From contig CM052816.1 of NCBI GenBank assembly GCA_028534125.1, forward strand, positions 33,482,001 to 33,546,000: a stretch of 64,000 bases of DNA. The letters are read 5' to 3'. Position 1 is the first letter of the stretch. Each line of letters opens with the position of its first letter. A program made the position numbers and the translations under genes. The notes under the pieces were generated by a model. That model was not told where the DNA came from. It was given only the letters and a program-made list of their open reading frames with translations, and did no database searches. Origin of the DNA: Lama glama. Lineage: Eukaryota. Positions 26,500 through 40,912 of the stretch are shown piece after piece.

Positions 26500-26990
26500 C
26501 TAAATCAAAAGCAGCATATAAATCATACTGGTAGTAATAATGTTAGAACTGTTATTCTGAGGATATTGTGATTGTAATATGGGATATTCTAATTCTACCA
26601 TCCCCTGTGCCCATCAAGATTCCCAATGAGGAAGAAAGAAAACACAGATGTAATATATGAGATGAAATAAGAACTACATAGTTCTAAATAGGAATTATAA
26701 GTATTAGTGTTAATTTATGTATATATAATGGAAAAGCATAGAAACAATGGCAAATCCCCTCTCAGTGAACACCACTAGAGCCCAGTTACGGTCTTGAAAC
26801 ATCATTTCCCACTAAAAGAAACCAGGAATTTTTGGAGAAATGACTGACTCCAGATTTAGAGCAAGAAATGTATACAGAGAGCCTAGAATATCTCAACAAA
26901 TAAGGAGAGCCTAGAATATCTTAATAGCAGGGAAGCTATCAGAGACTAGTAGGGTCATGTCAAAAGGAGTTAGGAGCCAAGTTGAAGAGG
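26500..26990 (+). mobile_element. L1MC-type 3'UTR fragment
   Basis: cccactaaaagaaaccagg..ttggagaaatgactgactccag..gcaagaaatgta..gagcctagaatatct matches recalled L1MC3/4 3' sequence. Confidence 0.6.
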
Positions 26991-27009
26991 ATCTGACTGG
27001 CCAAGATGT

Positions 27010-27290
27010 GAGAATGAAGGTAATAACTGGGAGAGGATGCAGAATTAGAAGAGAAGAACTAGGCTTTGAGAAGTGCCAATATTTAATGGCCAAGTAGAGA
27101 ATACTCCAGTAGAGAAGAAGTAGACCAAAGGACAAGGAGAAAATAAAAGAGAGGATATTATATCACAGAAACTAATGAAAAAAAATGTTTCAAGGACAGA
27201 GTGGTCATCAGCATCCAATATTCTAAGAATTCAAGTAAGGTAAGAATTGAAGCACATGCAATGCACTTAGCAATTTGGCACACTTAGCTG
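27010..27290 (-). mobile_element. L2 fragment
   Basis: aaaatgtttcaagga..gtggtcatcagcatccaata..aagtaaggtaagaattga..ttagcaatt. Confidence 0.6.
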
Positions 27291-27805
27291 GAGCTACGAT
27301 ATACTGCTCAACCACAATATATGAATGTGATATATAAACAAAATGTCATAGGGCTAGATATGCGATTTGTATGGCAAGGCATTTCTGAAACATGTATGAT
27401 TCAATCTGTTGTGTTTGGTATCAGTGTGTGTGTGTGTTGGGGGAGTGGAAAGACTTACAGAGGAAATTAGGCCAACTATGCCAATCTGTTGAGAAAGCCT
27501 ATTAAACAGCAAGATAGTAATTCATAAGAAATAAAGACCATTAATGACCAAACTTGAGTCTGGATGTTTCAACTATGACAAAAATGTGGAGTATGTTGAG
27601 GATTCATAGAAATCTTAAACATGCTTTTAAACACCCAAGAATACTAAAATGGACCCCAAAAACCATTCCAAAGATGTATGTAACCCACAAACAAGAAAGT
27701 TCATGAGTTTAAAGGTGAAAAGCCTAGGTTTGAAGAATGGAGTAACTCCAATTCAGGATAAACGTAGTAACAGGAAAGGCCCTTGTGGGTACACAATTGT
27801 ATCTC

Positions 27806-27807
<2 letters not shown>

Positions 27808-27840
<33 letters not shown>
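27808..27840. repeat. (TG)16 microsatellite
   Basis: Perfect dinucleotide run. Confidence 0.98.
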
Positions 27841-27844
<4 letters not shown>

Positions 27845-28799
27845 TGAAATATTTCTTTAGGAAAACTTTTATCCTATCAAAGCTTTATTCTGTTATCTCT
27901 GGACTGACAATATCACAAAAAATTGCTAATTGATTGATCTCCCTGCCTCCAGTTTGTCTTCACTCCAATCTATTCTGCTAAAAGATGTCTAATTTACTCT
28001 TGCTAAGTACTGGTGGGGCAAGTGTCCGCCTGGTAAACAAATTCCAGTGGCTCCCACCACCCACCAGAGATGTTTCAAAGCCTTCCAGACAGAGGTCCAT
28101 TCCAAAACTTCATGCTGATGCTGATGCTCATCTCAAAAACTCCTTATTCTTCCCTTGCCATTTCCTCTATACATGCCATTTCCTCCATCTGTTGAAATCT
28201 TAGTGATTATTAAAACCCAAGATGAAGCTAATCTATCAATGAAGCATTTCCTGTTCATCTCCTCTCTGTGTGATTGCTCCCTCTTCCAGATTCTTCTATC
28301 ATTTATTCTCCATTTTTAATGGAATTTATAAGATACAGCTTTATTACACATTTATCAAAATACAAAGTTTATAACTCCCTACTAAACATCATACTCCTTG
28401 AGGACAGGGTAAACTTCTTACCCTCATGTGTACACCTCATAACAAGCAATAGAAAGCCTTGAGTTTGGTACCTGCTGGGTAAAGTCTTATTAAAGTGAAT
28501 AAATAATATGTGTATAATGAGGGAAGATAAATTTTAAGAGGTTTCTAGGAAGCAGACTAGAGTATACTTAGAAAACCAAAAGTATCTACCTACGAGTATC
28601 ATCAATTCACCTTGATTTTCCAAACAAAATTAAATATAAACCCTAAAAGATGGTTTGATAATCAGATAAAGATAACAGCCAGCCAGTAAGCTACCAATGT
28701 ATGGAACCACGCTATTTTCATCTTTGATTCCCAATAAATGTTTATTGGGCCTAGCAGACAGTAGGGCATTAATAAGTGATATTTACTTTGTAAATTGAT

Positions 28800-29530
28800 T
28801 AATTAACTTACTCAGCTATCTATTGGGCATATCAATGTTCCAGGGGTGTTTTCAGTGCTTGGTTTACAGCAGTATATACAATGGGCAAGATCCTTGCCTT
28901 CATGGGGCTTATATTTTCAAAGAAAAGCCTGACAAGGAAAACAAAAAACAAACAAGAAAAATTTCAGTTAATTTTAGGTATTAAAATGAAAACTAGATGG
29001 TGAAGATGGTGATAGAGGGTGAAGGGGACTGGTACAGATGGGTGGTCAGGTAATTCCCACTGATGAGGGGACAATCTGTGCTGAGAGATGAACAGCAAAA
29101 AAGCCTGCCACACAAAATCTGGTGGCAAAATCTAGCTGTCCAGGGAGAAGAAACATTAAAGGCAGAGACCCCATGGCAGAAATATGTTTGGCAGGTTCAA
29201 GGAACAGAAAGGATAGTGTGTTTGGGGATCATGATCCAGAGGGAGCATGGAAAGAGGAGAGAGGTTAGGTAGATGAGGTAAGTAGGGTCTAGAGTCCATT
29301 GGGTTTTGAGGGTCACAGTTTGGAACTTATTTTGAACACACTGGGAAGCAATGGCAGAGTTTCACAGGTATTAAGAAAAACAATTGGTCTGGTTTACATT
29401 TTTTAAAGCTTACTCTATGTAAAAAGTAAATACTACAGAGGCAACAAAATTTGCTCTAATCCAGCTGAGATGTGGGAAGCTGGCTTGGAAGTGGGTGGAG
29501 ACAGAAAATGGAGATGGCAATGGTGATGAG
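28800..29530 (-). mobile_element. L2 3' region
   Basis: tactcagctatctattgggcat..atgttccagg..atccttgccttcatggggcttatatt..gcagagaccccatggcaga..ggttcaaggaacagaaagg. Confidence 0.72.
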
Positions 29531-30477
29531 GTTTGGAGAAGCAGGCTAGTGTTGGAGCAATACAAGAGGAAAGAAATAGAGCAGTGAACAAATGCGGCAA
29601 TACAAATGAAAACAAAACTGGAGGAATAAATAATGGTATTTCTTAAAGAGCTCAAGTTATTGGTTATCCCCAAACAGCCTTTACTGACTGGTCACTGAGT
29701 ACCTGATCCAGCCCCCATCTTCCCTTTGTCTTCCTTAGTTCATGCACATTTTATCTAAAAGGTCAGGTCACAATGATAATTATGATGTATGTAATATAAT
29801 TTAAAAATCAGTACTGTCTTGAGATCACTAATTGTATTTATGAAATTGATTTCACATAACAGGCATGGGAAAATAAGTCAAACACCATTTCCACCAAGTG
29901 AAAAAAGAAAAATCACCTGATGTAGTCAAGAAACACCCTAGAACGTGTACCCTTTAGAAAGATGGTGACATTGAACTATGATCTCTTTTTGTTATCTTAC
30001 AGATTGCTACCCTTTCTCTTTAACTTATCTGCCCTCTGGCTTAGTGTGATTCACTTCTATTAGAAACAATCCAGCTCAAGTGCTAAATTATTATTTTCTG
30101 GGCCACAAAAAAGACTTACCCTAATGGGTACTTCTACAGTAAAGAGTAAGTAATAATACAAATCAATCAAACCGCAAGTATTTGTGTGATAAATGCATTC
30201 ACCTTTAATAAATAGAGAGTCACAAGGAAGAAAAGAGTCATAATTACAAAGCATTTATTTTGAAGTGTTTTTTCATTTCTCCTCAAAAGGACATAACCTA
30301 AGAGGGAAATTATTCATAACTGTAGCATATTATTAGACTAAATATACATAAATTGTATTAATAATGGCACCTGCCCTACTGCATGACTCATTTCATTATT
30401 ATTGATGGAGTATGAAAAGCCACATGAAAGTAAGTTAAGTGGGTCATTATTTACCTTTTAGATTATGCTTACATATC

Positions 30478-30986
30478 TGACCAAATGGACTTAAAATTGC
30501 TTGACTGAACTTTAGACAGGTTGCTTCCTGACTATAGTCTCTCGATCTTCCTTTTAAAACATTTACTTCAGAAAACTTGCATTTATGATTTTTCTTCTGT
30601 CCCTTTGAGATATAAATCTTCTATAACCCAGGCATGTTTTTCTTTCTCCAGGAAGGGGGGGGGGTTATCCCTTTGAAATGTAACCATTGAGAAAGATAAC
30701 GTCCCTACCTCTCAGTCTCTGTGGGAAGGTAGGAGCCTAACTTCCATAAATACTTGTTAGCAAATACAGATGGCCTAATCATACTGATAAGTCTCCCTAC
30801 TAATGTCTTCAAGTACTTTTCCACTAGCTCACCCCAGCACTTAAAAACTCTCTCCTGCCTTTTATTTCAGCGGAGTTAAGTTCAAGCTCTCTCTCCTGTT
30901 ACAACAGTCTCTCTCCCCTACTGCAATTGTCTTGAATAAAGTCTTCTTTGCCTGTTTAACTGATTTGGTACAATTTTTCTTTAACA
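30478..30986 (+). mobile_element. Solo ERV1-class LTR (MER34/MER39 group)
   Basis: TG...CA termini with a near 4-bp TSD (tatc/catc). Diagnostic ccctttgaaatgtaa..gtctctgtgggaaggtaggagcctaacttc; cttgAATAAAgtctt near the 3' end. Confidence 0.82.
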
Positions 30987-31689
30987 CATCAAATCTGCAG
31001 AAGGAAGACTACGTAAAGTCTTCACAGATCATGAAGATACGGTAGTGGAGTGAGGAGCCCAGGAATCCACGGAAGGTGTTAATGAATGGATACAGGGATG
31101 AACCTGTAGATTTAAGACTCCTAAATTATTAAACTATCAAGGAGTCTCTCTTTAATGCTTCAGGCTGTAAACCTTGAAAAAAAAAAGGAGATACATTGTA
31201 TAAGTTTTGACTCTGGACAATGGGTAAGCATGTGGTGAGAAGAAATACTTTAAGAAGAGCACAGTGCCAGTCACACAGATTGGTATATATTCTAGGTCCA
31301 AAGAGTTCATTAAGCTGGTTCACAAGAGGGGAAGGTCTCTGAAAAACAGTAAATCATGGGGGAGGGCCTTAATACTGAAGGGATAAGAGGCAAATTCTGC
31401 TTGTGATCAATGCATAAATTGGGAGAGAATGCAACACAAGTTGGCGGGGGCATTCCTTCCAACTTTGGCACAGTAAATGTAGGTACCAAATAGAAAGAAT
31501 GACTCTCTTCCAATGTTGGAAGCACAAAAAAGACCTCACCCTGGTGATGTGAAAGGCAACTGTCAGAGGCAGAGGATGGAATCCCAGGGATGATAAAGTG
31601 AGGAGGATACAGACAATTACTGTTGTCACTGTGACACAGCTGTGAGTTTTGGAAGAATCAGGAAAAACTTCATCACGTATGACAACCAA

Positions 31690-32095
31690 ACTGTATCAAA
31701 GAGAATGAACAGGGGTTCACTAGATGAACAAAGTTGAGAAACGGCATTCTAGGAAGAGTGACACTTCTGGAATAGTCCAAGAAAGAAAAAGCCAGTGAAG
31801 AAGGCAGAGAAGGGCAAGAGAGGTATGAAGGGGATTTTACCAGGAGACATGGTATAACTGGAACCAAAGGAAAATGTTCCCCCAAATTTTGTACGATTAA
31901 AGCTATCAAATGCCAGAAAGAAGCCAACACATATAAGGACTAAAAAATATTTTTGTTGAACTTGGCTAATAAGAGGAAGCCATAGTGTTTAAGTTTTAGT
32001 GACCTAGTAGGACAGAATCAAGACTGACTTAGATAAGAGAATGGGAGATCAAGATAAAGAGAAAACAAGTGGATCGACCTCTCCTTCAAGAACAT
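31690..32095 (-). mobile_element. L2 fragment
   Basis: ggcattctaggaagag..atcaaatgccagaaag..aaggactaaaaaat..caagactg..gagaatgggag..tccttcaagaa. Confidence 0.55.
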
Positions 32096-35000
32096 TAGCC
32101 ATAAAAGGAAAAAGACATACGCTTATTTTGTCCTTTAAAAATCTTCTCAGCTATTATTTATGATGATATTAAAAGAATTTAGAGACAGCATACAAGGGTA
32201 TATAATTGATATGTTCTGGCAAAATGGCTATAAATTGAATTACTTTCTGTTTAATTTGTCTAAAGTTTTCAGAAGTATGTTATGTCACTTTTGATTGATC
32301 TTCAGTTGGTACTGCTTCCTAACACATCAGTTTTATATTTTTCTATTCTCAGAACCTGTCAGGTTGTTAATGATCTATAAAAATCCACTTTCACACCCTA
32401 AAAGAGTTCACTTTTAAATGAATGTCACAAGAAATACTTTGTTAATGTGAAGCTCTTCTGAAATACTTTTAATTAGTTGTGTACAATGGAAATTTTGTGA
32501 AGTGCATTTTCTTAATGGAAACTGGAACAATGAGAGATCACACATACGGCTATGGTATCTTAAAAAACTACATCTTCTAATCACTTGGAACAATGCATGT
32601 AGGTCACTGTAACAACCTGGTGAAGAGATTTCAGAGCAGGGTATCTTTATCACATCCCATCCTTCATAGATTACAGATCCCTCTCATTTCCAATGGATTA
32701 TTGGAAAGTGCCTCTGTCTCCTTCAATATTCTTCCACGGAGATCATGAGTTTAGTAAGAAAAATCCTTTTGGGTACTTGGGTTAAAACCACTTTTTCTTT
32801 CTTTTCAATACTTCAAATCAAATTACTTTAAGAAACTCCACCAGTTTTGGATCACTGCTGCAATTTTTCCCTGGATTGCACTCAGTTTTGAAAAAACAGT
32901 TAGTCAACATCAAAATACACACAGCTATATATGGCATGTGTGTGTGTTCGTGTGTGTTCTAAACATGAGAAAACTTGCTTTAAAAGGAAATATTTTTACT
33001 CTTTATACTATTAGCTTTAATATCACTTATTTCCTGCAATATTGCAGATCCTAACCCATTACCCACACATCCAAAATACACTAGGGGAGGTTGGTACTTA
33101 AGTAGTATAAAACAGTGTTGTGCTAACTAGGAAATTAGCTCTTAATTAGAACACCATCAGAGACTTCAAATGATCATACAATGAATCCATAAATGCAAAG
33201 CTTCTGAGACAACAAAGATAAATAACGGGGACTTTACAAATACTGTTTGGGGCTTTGGGGATGCAAACAATCAGCTCAGCTCTTGTTTCCATTTCCAAGA
33301 CAGGCTGAGCTAAGGTGCTATAGAAATTGTTACTCTAAAAGTGGGCAATGAGATCTTAGGAACTTTTGATTATGGCTATTTAAAGGCTCCACTGCATTTA
33401 CTCAAACTCTGACCTAGCCAAAGTTGTCAACAAAGATAAACAGTTTGGTAAGCTCTACCAAGAAATAAACAGAAAATCAGAAAATCAACCTACTGCACAC
33501 AAAAATAAACTTGCTGGGCATGACTCCAAGAAAACACACAGAGATTATAATAAAGACTGCTGCAAACATTTTATGTTTGTAAGGAGAAATATAATTGCTT
33601 GATACTTGGAAAGTTTTCCACTCACAGCTCACCAAGTGAATAGATCCATGGGGGTAATGACAGCATGGGATGGGCAGGCCAGTTATTTGTAAGACAACAA
33701 ACAGGGCTCCCTGGCCATCAAGAGCAGTTCAGATAATATTCAACCATGATATCATACCTTCAGTAACGCCAAACAGAAACGTACTTCAGTCAAATCAGGG
33801 AATTCCAGAAATCAGACCCAGTTTAAAAGACAGACAAAACCACTCTGTTTATTTTTTTTTTTTAATTTTAAGTAAAGGTTGGACAACCTTTGGAACATTG
33901 AGATTTTGTTGGATTCTCCTGCAGTCACTGAGCTCACTGCAATGCTATTGCTACTTGGTGCTTCATGTCCCCTCCCATCACCTTATCTGGGCTCCATCAA
34001 GGTCAACACTTGTGATTGAATAGGGTATGGAAACAGCCCCCAAGAACCACAACAACCCCTGAGAAAAACAGTACCTTCATTACCCAATGAACCACATACT
34101 TAGTTTCATTTTTACCACCATCACCCAAAGAATTGTAGGTGCTAATACTGAAGCAGTGCTGAGGGATTAGCAATCTCTTGCCCTGTAGATACTGGCAATC
34201 ATAGCTGAAAAATTCATGCACTCAGTAGATGGGATGAGCAGATGTATTTATGTGAATGGATTTCTGTGAATCCTGAGAGAAACTGATCTCTTGGTTCTCC
34301 AGTTTCTCTCTCAACATGTTAATTTCTTCATGTCTTACATGAATACCAACTCTGTCACACTTTAAATTTTTTATTTTGATAGTAATGTCAGTTCATGTCA
34401 TCACAGAGGGGGAAGGAGTTAAATAAGGCTAACGGGTCTGTTCCCTGAGTTTTATCAAAGGTGTCAACCCTGCTCACAACCTAGAAAAGGATTCTAGCAG
34501 AGACCTGGGATCATCTTAAAACTGCAATAGTCACATTGCAGCAATCTACACCAGCCTCCTGGAGGGTCTGCCTGTGATGACTTCCCTTTGGGCCTCACAT
34601 GCCCCCCACCCTAATCCTCATTTCCTGTTAGCTTCTCTTTTTGTATCAAACTCATAAAATGAGTTAATATGATGCAGCAACACAGCTAGTTATATCTCAG
34701 GAGGAAGAACTAAGGTCCTTGTCCTCAACTTCCAAAACAGACCGTGACTACATTTGAGAACAAAATTTGAGTCCCTTCCACCTGTATGTGCAGCAATAAT
34801 CTAGAGGAAAATCACTTACTCTGGGCTCCCATTTTTCATAAGCCAGATTCAATATTTAAATCTTAAATTACAGTATTTTTGACCAGAGTTCTGTATCTGG
34901 GCACCATAAGACTTCTGAAATGCTTTCTAGGTGAAAAGAAAGTATTTGTACATAACACAGCAACCAATTTATTATTTACTTCAATAACTGAAATTTATTT

Positions 35001-38000
35001 TAAAATTATTTGTATAATGAATTGACCTATCATTACATAACTAAATGAAGCTGATAGTGACAAAAATCTTATCTGAGATGAAGAAATATCAGCTTGCATA
35101 CAGGAATATAAAACTTGAAAATTAAATTGGAAATTTCTGGCACACTTATTTTTTAAAAAAGATCTACCCACAATAGCTTCTAAGTAGCTAAACCTTTTTA
35201 ATCTTCCATAAAATAAGTCAAATCAAGATCACAGAATTGTAGTTAAGCATTTTACCAAATGTGCCATGTTTGTTTCTATTGTTTTCCTTTTTTAAAAAAT
35301 ATCATGTTTCACTCTTGTCAACATTGAAGCTGTTGGCTATTATGATACAGCATTGCATTCCCCCTTTCTATTTCTTTTTAGTGAAAAGTAAATAACAGAA
35401 CATAAAACAGTATTGGAATTCTCCAGGTGACAGGACTGAGAAAACCAAATGCTGACCATCTGCTGAGGCAGAACAGCCCAAGCCTGCCGGGAACTGAAAA
35501 TGTCTCTCCTTCCAGGCTCCGGGGGCAAGTGGGCAGCCAGCACCTGCTGTTGGTCAGAGAGGTCTGCTCAGAAGAGGAGCATCAGCACATGGCTCTGAGG
35601 CTTCTCTATACGCAGCTGCCAGAATCCAAAGGTGCTTTTGGAGGAAGATAGAAGGCAGGAACGGTGGTGCAGAATAGGTACACTGAAGTATCACCTATGC
35701 AGAAATGAGTGTTCATCTCCACATGAGAGACTAAGACATTACTTGTGTATGTGTGTGTTGTTATAAATTGGTTATTTAATCAGCAGAAGTCAGATGATCT
35801 AAAAGAAGTAAGTCTCTATAGATAAGGAAACAAGCTTAACAAAAATAAAAAAGCTTATATAAATGCAAATACAATTTACAGCCTGAGCCCTATACCTCTT
35901 TATGCATTGTTCATGCAGGGCCCTCACTATATAGGAAGCATCATTTGCTATTACTAAGTGATTGTCAGACTGATGAAACTTGTAGACTACTAGAATTATT
36001 TTTCTAGTCCATGCAATGCTACATCAATAACTATCTTTATGTTAGGGACAAATTCCTTATTCAGTCCTTATTTTGAAAATCAGAGAATCAGAGATAAAAA
36101 AAATTTCTCCAGAAAAAAAAATATGTAGCAGGTCACAAAATATTTAGTCAAAGTTTTTCTAGAAGTTCTTTTCGTTAACCTTATATTACAATTAACTTAC
36201 TATTGCAATGTTACTATTACTATATTAGTTACTAACCTATTGCTAGGAATGCCATTACAGATATTTTAAATTAAATATTATGAACAGTTTTTTATTGAGA
36301 TTTATAAGCAAAATATTCTGAATAGGTTCTTATTGAGACCTATAAGCGAAGGTCACAGAATTTTGTTATACTAACTCCACTAGTAACTACAGTTCCCCAG
36401 AACTGTTTTTCAGTTTAAAGTGGTTAAATGGAGATACTCAAGGATAATATACAAGAAAATGCTGGTCTTGAATACATCATGAAGGCCTAAATAAGGAAGC
36501 AGTCTTATTTGTGTTCTTCCACACTTACCCATACTAAACAAAAATATATAAGAAGACACTCACTCTTTCGGATTTTACAATATGCCATACTACTTACAGC
36601 ATAAGTCCTATATCTCTATGTACAGATGGTACTTCAGTAGCCAACAATCGGAGTCCCCACATAAATCAACTGAAGAAGCCAAGACAAATGACGTTGACAA
36701 TGTTTAAAATATATCTCCAAGTAGATCCATTCTTGGATAGTGTATGACTACAGACTTGGAGAATAATTGCCAGAGCTGCCATGAATATGATGGTGCCCTG
36801 GCATCCTATAATGATGACTCTGCCTTGGCATCCCATAACTCTCTGCCCTAGCCCAGATGTCTTCTGTTAACGATAACATGAACCAAGAAGTAACACAAGC
36901 ATAAAGAAAAAGAAGACGTACATAGGTGCATGAGTTTGGACTCAATATTACTCCCACCAAAGCTGAGTTTGTTAGTGGCAAGGAGACGCGAACATGGAAG
37001 ACCTGGTGAACCCCAAACTCAGTGCCACAAAGTCACATACTACATCACATGAACTGCAAAGTACGAACTTCCTCAGTGTACTTCTGTGCCAGGAATCCTT
37101 GACTGGTGAATATATACTGAAATTTCCCTTCCACCGCAGTTATATATCACATTCTTATTTAGATTTGACATCTAGAAGCATTTAAAGGGAAGGGAATACT
37201 AGGAAAAAAGAACAACAACAAAAAAGAAACTGGAGAGCATTAAATAAAAGCACAGACACCAGAAAAATCACAGAAAGAAATAAAAGCTCTCTCAAACTGA
37301 ACCCTCATAGCTGCTATGTTTTTATTTTAAAAAGAAGCTAAATAAAGAGAAGGCTATAATTAACCTAGCCCTGCCTTCCTTCTAGCCTTGTGATGTAGTG
37401 GGTATGGTAAACATGCTGAGTGTGTCTTGTTAGGTAGTTCCCCTCTATTATGGTCTTGGAGGGTTTTTTTCTTATTACCACCAGTAATTATATTATACCA
37501 GTGCACTTGTATGTTTTCAAGATCAACTTGGACACGCATGTAGGCAAGACTTCTGCTAGACTAAATGACCCTGGAGAAAGAATTCAAAACAGACACCTGT
37601 TCTCTGGAAGAAAGTGGCTTTGTCAGTGCAGAATGGACTAGATGTCATTTTTTTGGTCAAAAGCCTTTGTGTGGTGTACAACAGACTATTGAAGAGTAAA
37701 ATATAATTGGATTATTCACAACACAAGAGTCCTTACACTGGTAACAGAGCCATTACCACGTGAAAGTGCAGCTAAAATAAGTGGAAAATATAAAATGCAG
37801 CTACCCACATTATATATCTTAAAAGACATGGAAATGTTCCCACTCTTGAAGCTCAAGTTTTATCTGCGTACAGCAGGCAACAGCAAAAATGTTCAAGAAT
37901 TTACAAAGCCAAGACAGTTGTCAGCTGACAAAGGTTACCCTTCATTGAGGAATTGTGAAGTGCTAGGTAAAGAGTATGATAAATATGAGAAAACTCAAGG

Positions 38001-38669
38001 ATAGGGCTCAGTGTTGCCTGGCACAGTAATCAAAGGTCAGCATGGAAGGTAACACTTCAGAAAATAATGGTGACTGGGAATGGAAAACTGAAAGAAAAAA
38101 CGAAGATAGAGATGATAAAATGGGATCCAGATAAGAATAAAAAAAGATGAGAAAATGAAGATACGAGGAAGAAAAATGAATGTTGAAAGGATCCAGACAC
38201 TTTATGAAGAAGCAGAAGTATACTGGGATATGGCCTTGAACCATCAGTTATGTCTGCATCCTTCCAGAAATAAAAAGTTAGCACACTATGAGCATGCAGG
38301 CATTGATAATCGATAATAAAATATAATGTGTTATCAGCTACAAAGTCATCAATTTGGGTCCTCTGGGTCTATTTTTGAGGCCATTATCAGAAACAAATCT
38401 GATTTTTAAGAAGTCTGTAGAGAAAATCTTCCTTCCTTAGAGAAGTGCATCAGGCCTTCCATCAGGTAGGACCAGGCTAAAGGATGCTCCTCCCAACTCT
38501 TCACAGTTTCCTGATGGTACAGTCACATCATCCCTCTGAAATGTGAAAGCACTCTGAATTGCCTCTGTCAGGTCCTGAATATCAAATCTGTGTTCTTGGC
38601 CAATTTGTTCATAAGTTCATTTCATCATATTAGATACTTTGTCTGGGACCTAGTAAATTCAGAAGAGGC

Positions 38670-38930
38670 AGTAAGATAGTTTTAAGAATATAACCTTTGG
38701 ACCCAGATAGATAACCAGACAGTCCTGAGCCAAGACACTTATTGCCAGTGTGACCTGGCAAGTTATTGCTCTCCCCAGGCCTTTGCTTGGTTATTGCTCT
38801 CCCCAGGCCTTTGCTTCTGTGGGTTAATGATGCCTGCCTGGTAGGTTATTGTGAGAGCTGAGGACAATAAAGACAACACACCCAGCTCTTGGTATACATC
38901 TGTTAAAGGTCAGCTGCTACTACTGTATAT
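38670..38930 (+). mobile_element. MIR SINE containing a 27-bp tandem duplication
   Basis: cacttattgccagtgtgacctggcaagttatt..gttattgtgagagctgag. Duplication at 38762-38788 and 38790-38816. Confidence 0.7.
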
Positions 38931-40187
38931 GATTTTGTCTACTCAGTGAAAGAATATATTAAATGTTTTTGATATTTTATATGAATTATATAAAAGCATC
39001 AACAGTAAGTCAACTCTTATATAAATCAATCAACAATAAATATACTTTTAAATTTATAAATATTAACCTTAAGACCCTAAAACAAATATTTGTTTGGGAA
39101 GATAAATACTTGGATGAAAACAACTATACACATACATGTACAATACAAAGACCTGAGCATAATGTGAATAGTGATAATTTCTGAGTAATGAGATTTAAAG
39201 TAATTTTTATTGTCTGTCTTTTGTTTGTCCATCATTTCCAAAATTTCTACACTCAAAATGAATTTGTTATAATTATTTACATATTTAATCTACTGAAACA
39301 TACATTTATTTGTAATAAATATAAATACATTTATGTATCATATTATATATAAAATGTGATAATATTTAGGCTATTCATTTTATACTCTGGGGGAAAGGTT
39401 CTAAGGCCAGCTCTTTTGAGTTTTCAGGTTGTCTCAAGCTGGCCAGGATTGTTTCTGTCCTCAGGAAAAAGAAACCTGTTAAGTTTTACAATGTTGGGCT
39501 TTAACCCAACTTCTTGACTGAGGGTAGCTTTAAAGCCTCTTTTTCTTTAGGACATTGAGGAAAGGAAGAGGAAATTAATATGGTCACTTTTCATGCCTAC
39601 ACACACAAATTGGCTTTTAAGTAATCTGGCTGAATTCAATCAAACCGTTATTTTAAAACAATGATTTCTTCAGATTTAATTAGTACCTTTCTAACAATAT
39701 CAGACTTTAAATTTTGACTTGTTTTCCAAAAATATTTTACTTGTTCACAGCATCCATGCAGACAGATTAGGGTGGCCACTATATAGGAAGCAGTTCAGAG
39801 GACTTGACAAGGATTCAAGACATAGCTCACATGCACAGTGACATGCAGGTGACAATCACATCTGCGTTTCATGCTCCACTGCCTTCCAGCAAATGGATCT
39901 ACCCACATCAGGATTTAATCACTGGTCAATCTTTGGCCAGGACTTTGAGCCACACCTAAACTCTAGACAATTTCTAGACCACATGATATTCCTGATAGGT
40001 TATAGGAGAGCAAATCTCAGCTCTGCTTGATCGAATAATATGTCAACACAATAAGAATGGATTTAAGCAGAGTTAAGGAGACATATTTTCCTCTTCTAAG
40101 AGTCAGGCACAACATATACCAAGCACCACTGAGAGTAAAGCAATGTGCTTTATTGTGAGAGGATAGTAAAACAAAAAAAACCAAAAA

Positions 40188-40396
40188 CACATTTTTTCTC
40201 TGTGATTTATCATAACATTTTGTGTATATTTCCCTGTGCTATACAGTGTAATCTTGTTTATCTATTCTACAATTTAAAAAAAATGTGACAATGAGTGTGT
40301 ATATGTCCATGAATGACTGAAAAATTGTGCTGAACACTGGAATTTGATACAACATTGTAAAATGATTATAAATCAATAAAAAATGTTAAAAAAAAA
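40188..40396 (+). mobile_element. Short young L1 3' end with inverted 5' segment
   Basis: 40188-40275 is antisense L1 3'UTR. 40276-40396 is the sense 3' end with AATAAA and an A-tail. Confidence 0.8.
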
Positions 40397-40912
40397 CAAA
40401 AACAAAAACAAACTCACTTTCAGGACCTTAAATTGTCCTCTTCTTTTCTTTCACTTGTTCTCTATGGATTTAAATAATTCCTTAAGTGGAACAAAGTGAT
40501 AGCCTGTCACATTAAAAAGTAAAAGTGGTAAGATGAGATTTATTATGCCCAGGATCTAGAACCTGCCCCATCTTACTGGATGCTTCCCCACAATGAGAAA
40601 ATCTCCAAAGGGCAGCAAACATTTTAAAGCTCTTACAGTTTAATGTCTGCCAAGGAAAAGTGATGGCTCTGAGCAAATACAAAGATCATTAACCAAAGAC
40701 TTAATAACCATTCATTTATCTAAAAATATTTCAGTCAACATTGTTGAATTTCCACTTTGTGAAGGGACAAAGTATGATCCCATAGGGGCTTATAATTTAA
40801 CACAGGAAGAAGAACACACATTAATATACTTAAGAACACCAACAGAAACATTCAGACAAAATTGCCCATAGTTACAGTAAAGCCTTTTTTTCTCAGCCAT
40901 AGTTTAATCCAA

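Noticed and set aside
5630..38816. Short direct repeats with spacers as a CRISPR-like array
   Set aside because: Each is a two-copy, unrelated local duplication scattered through eukaryotic intron DNA.
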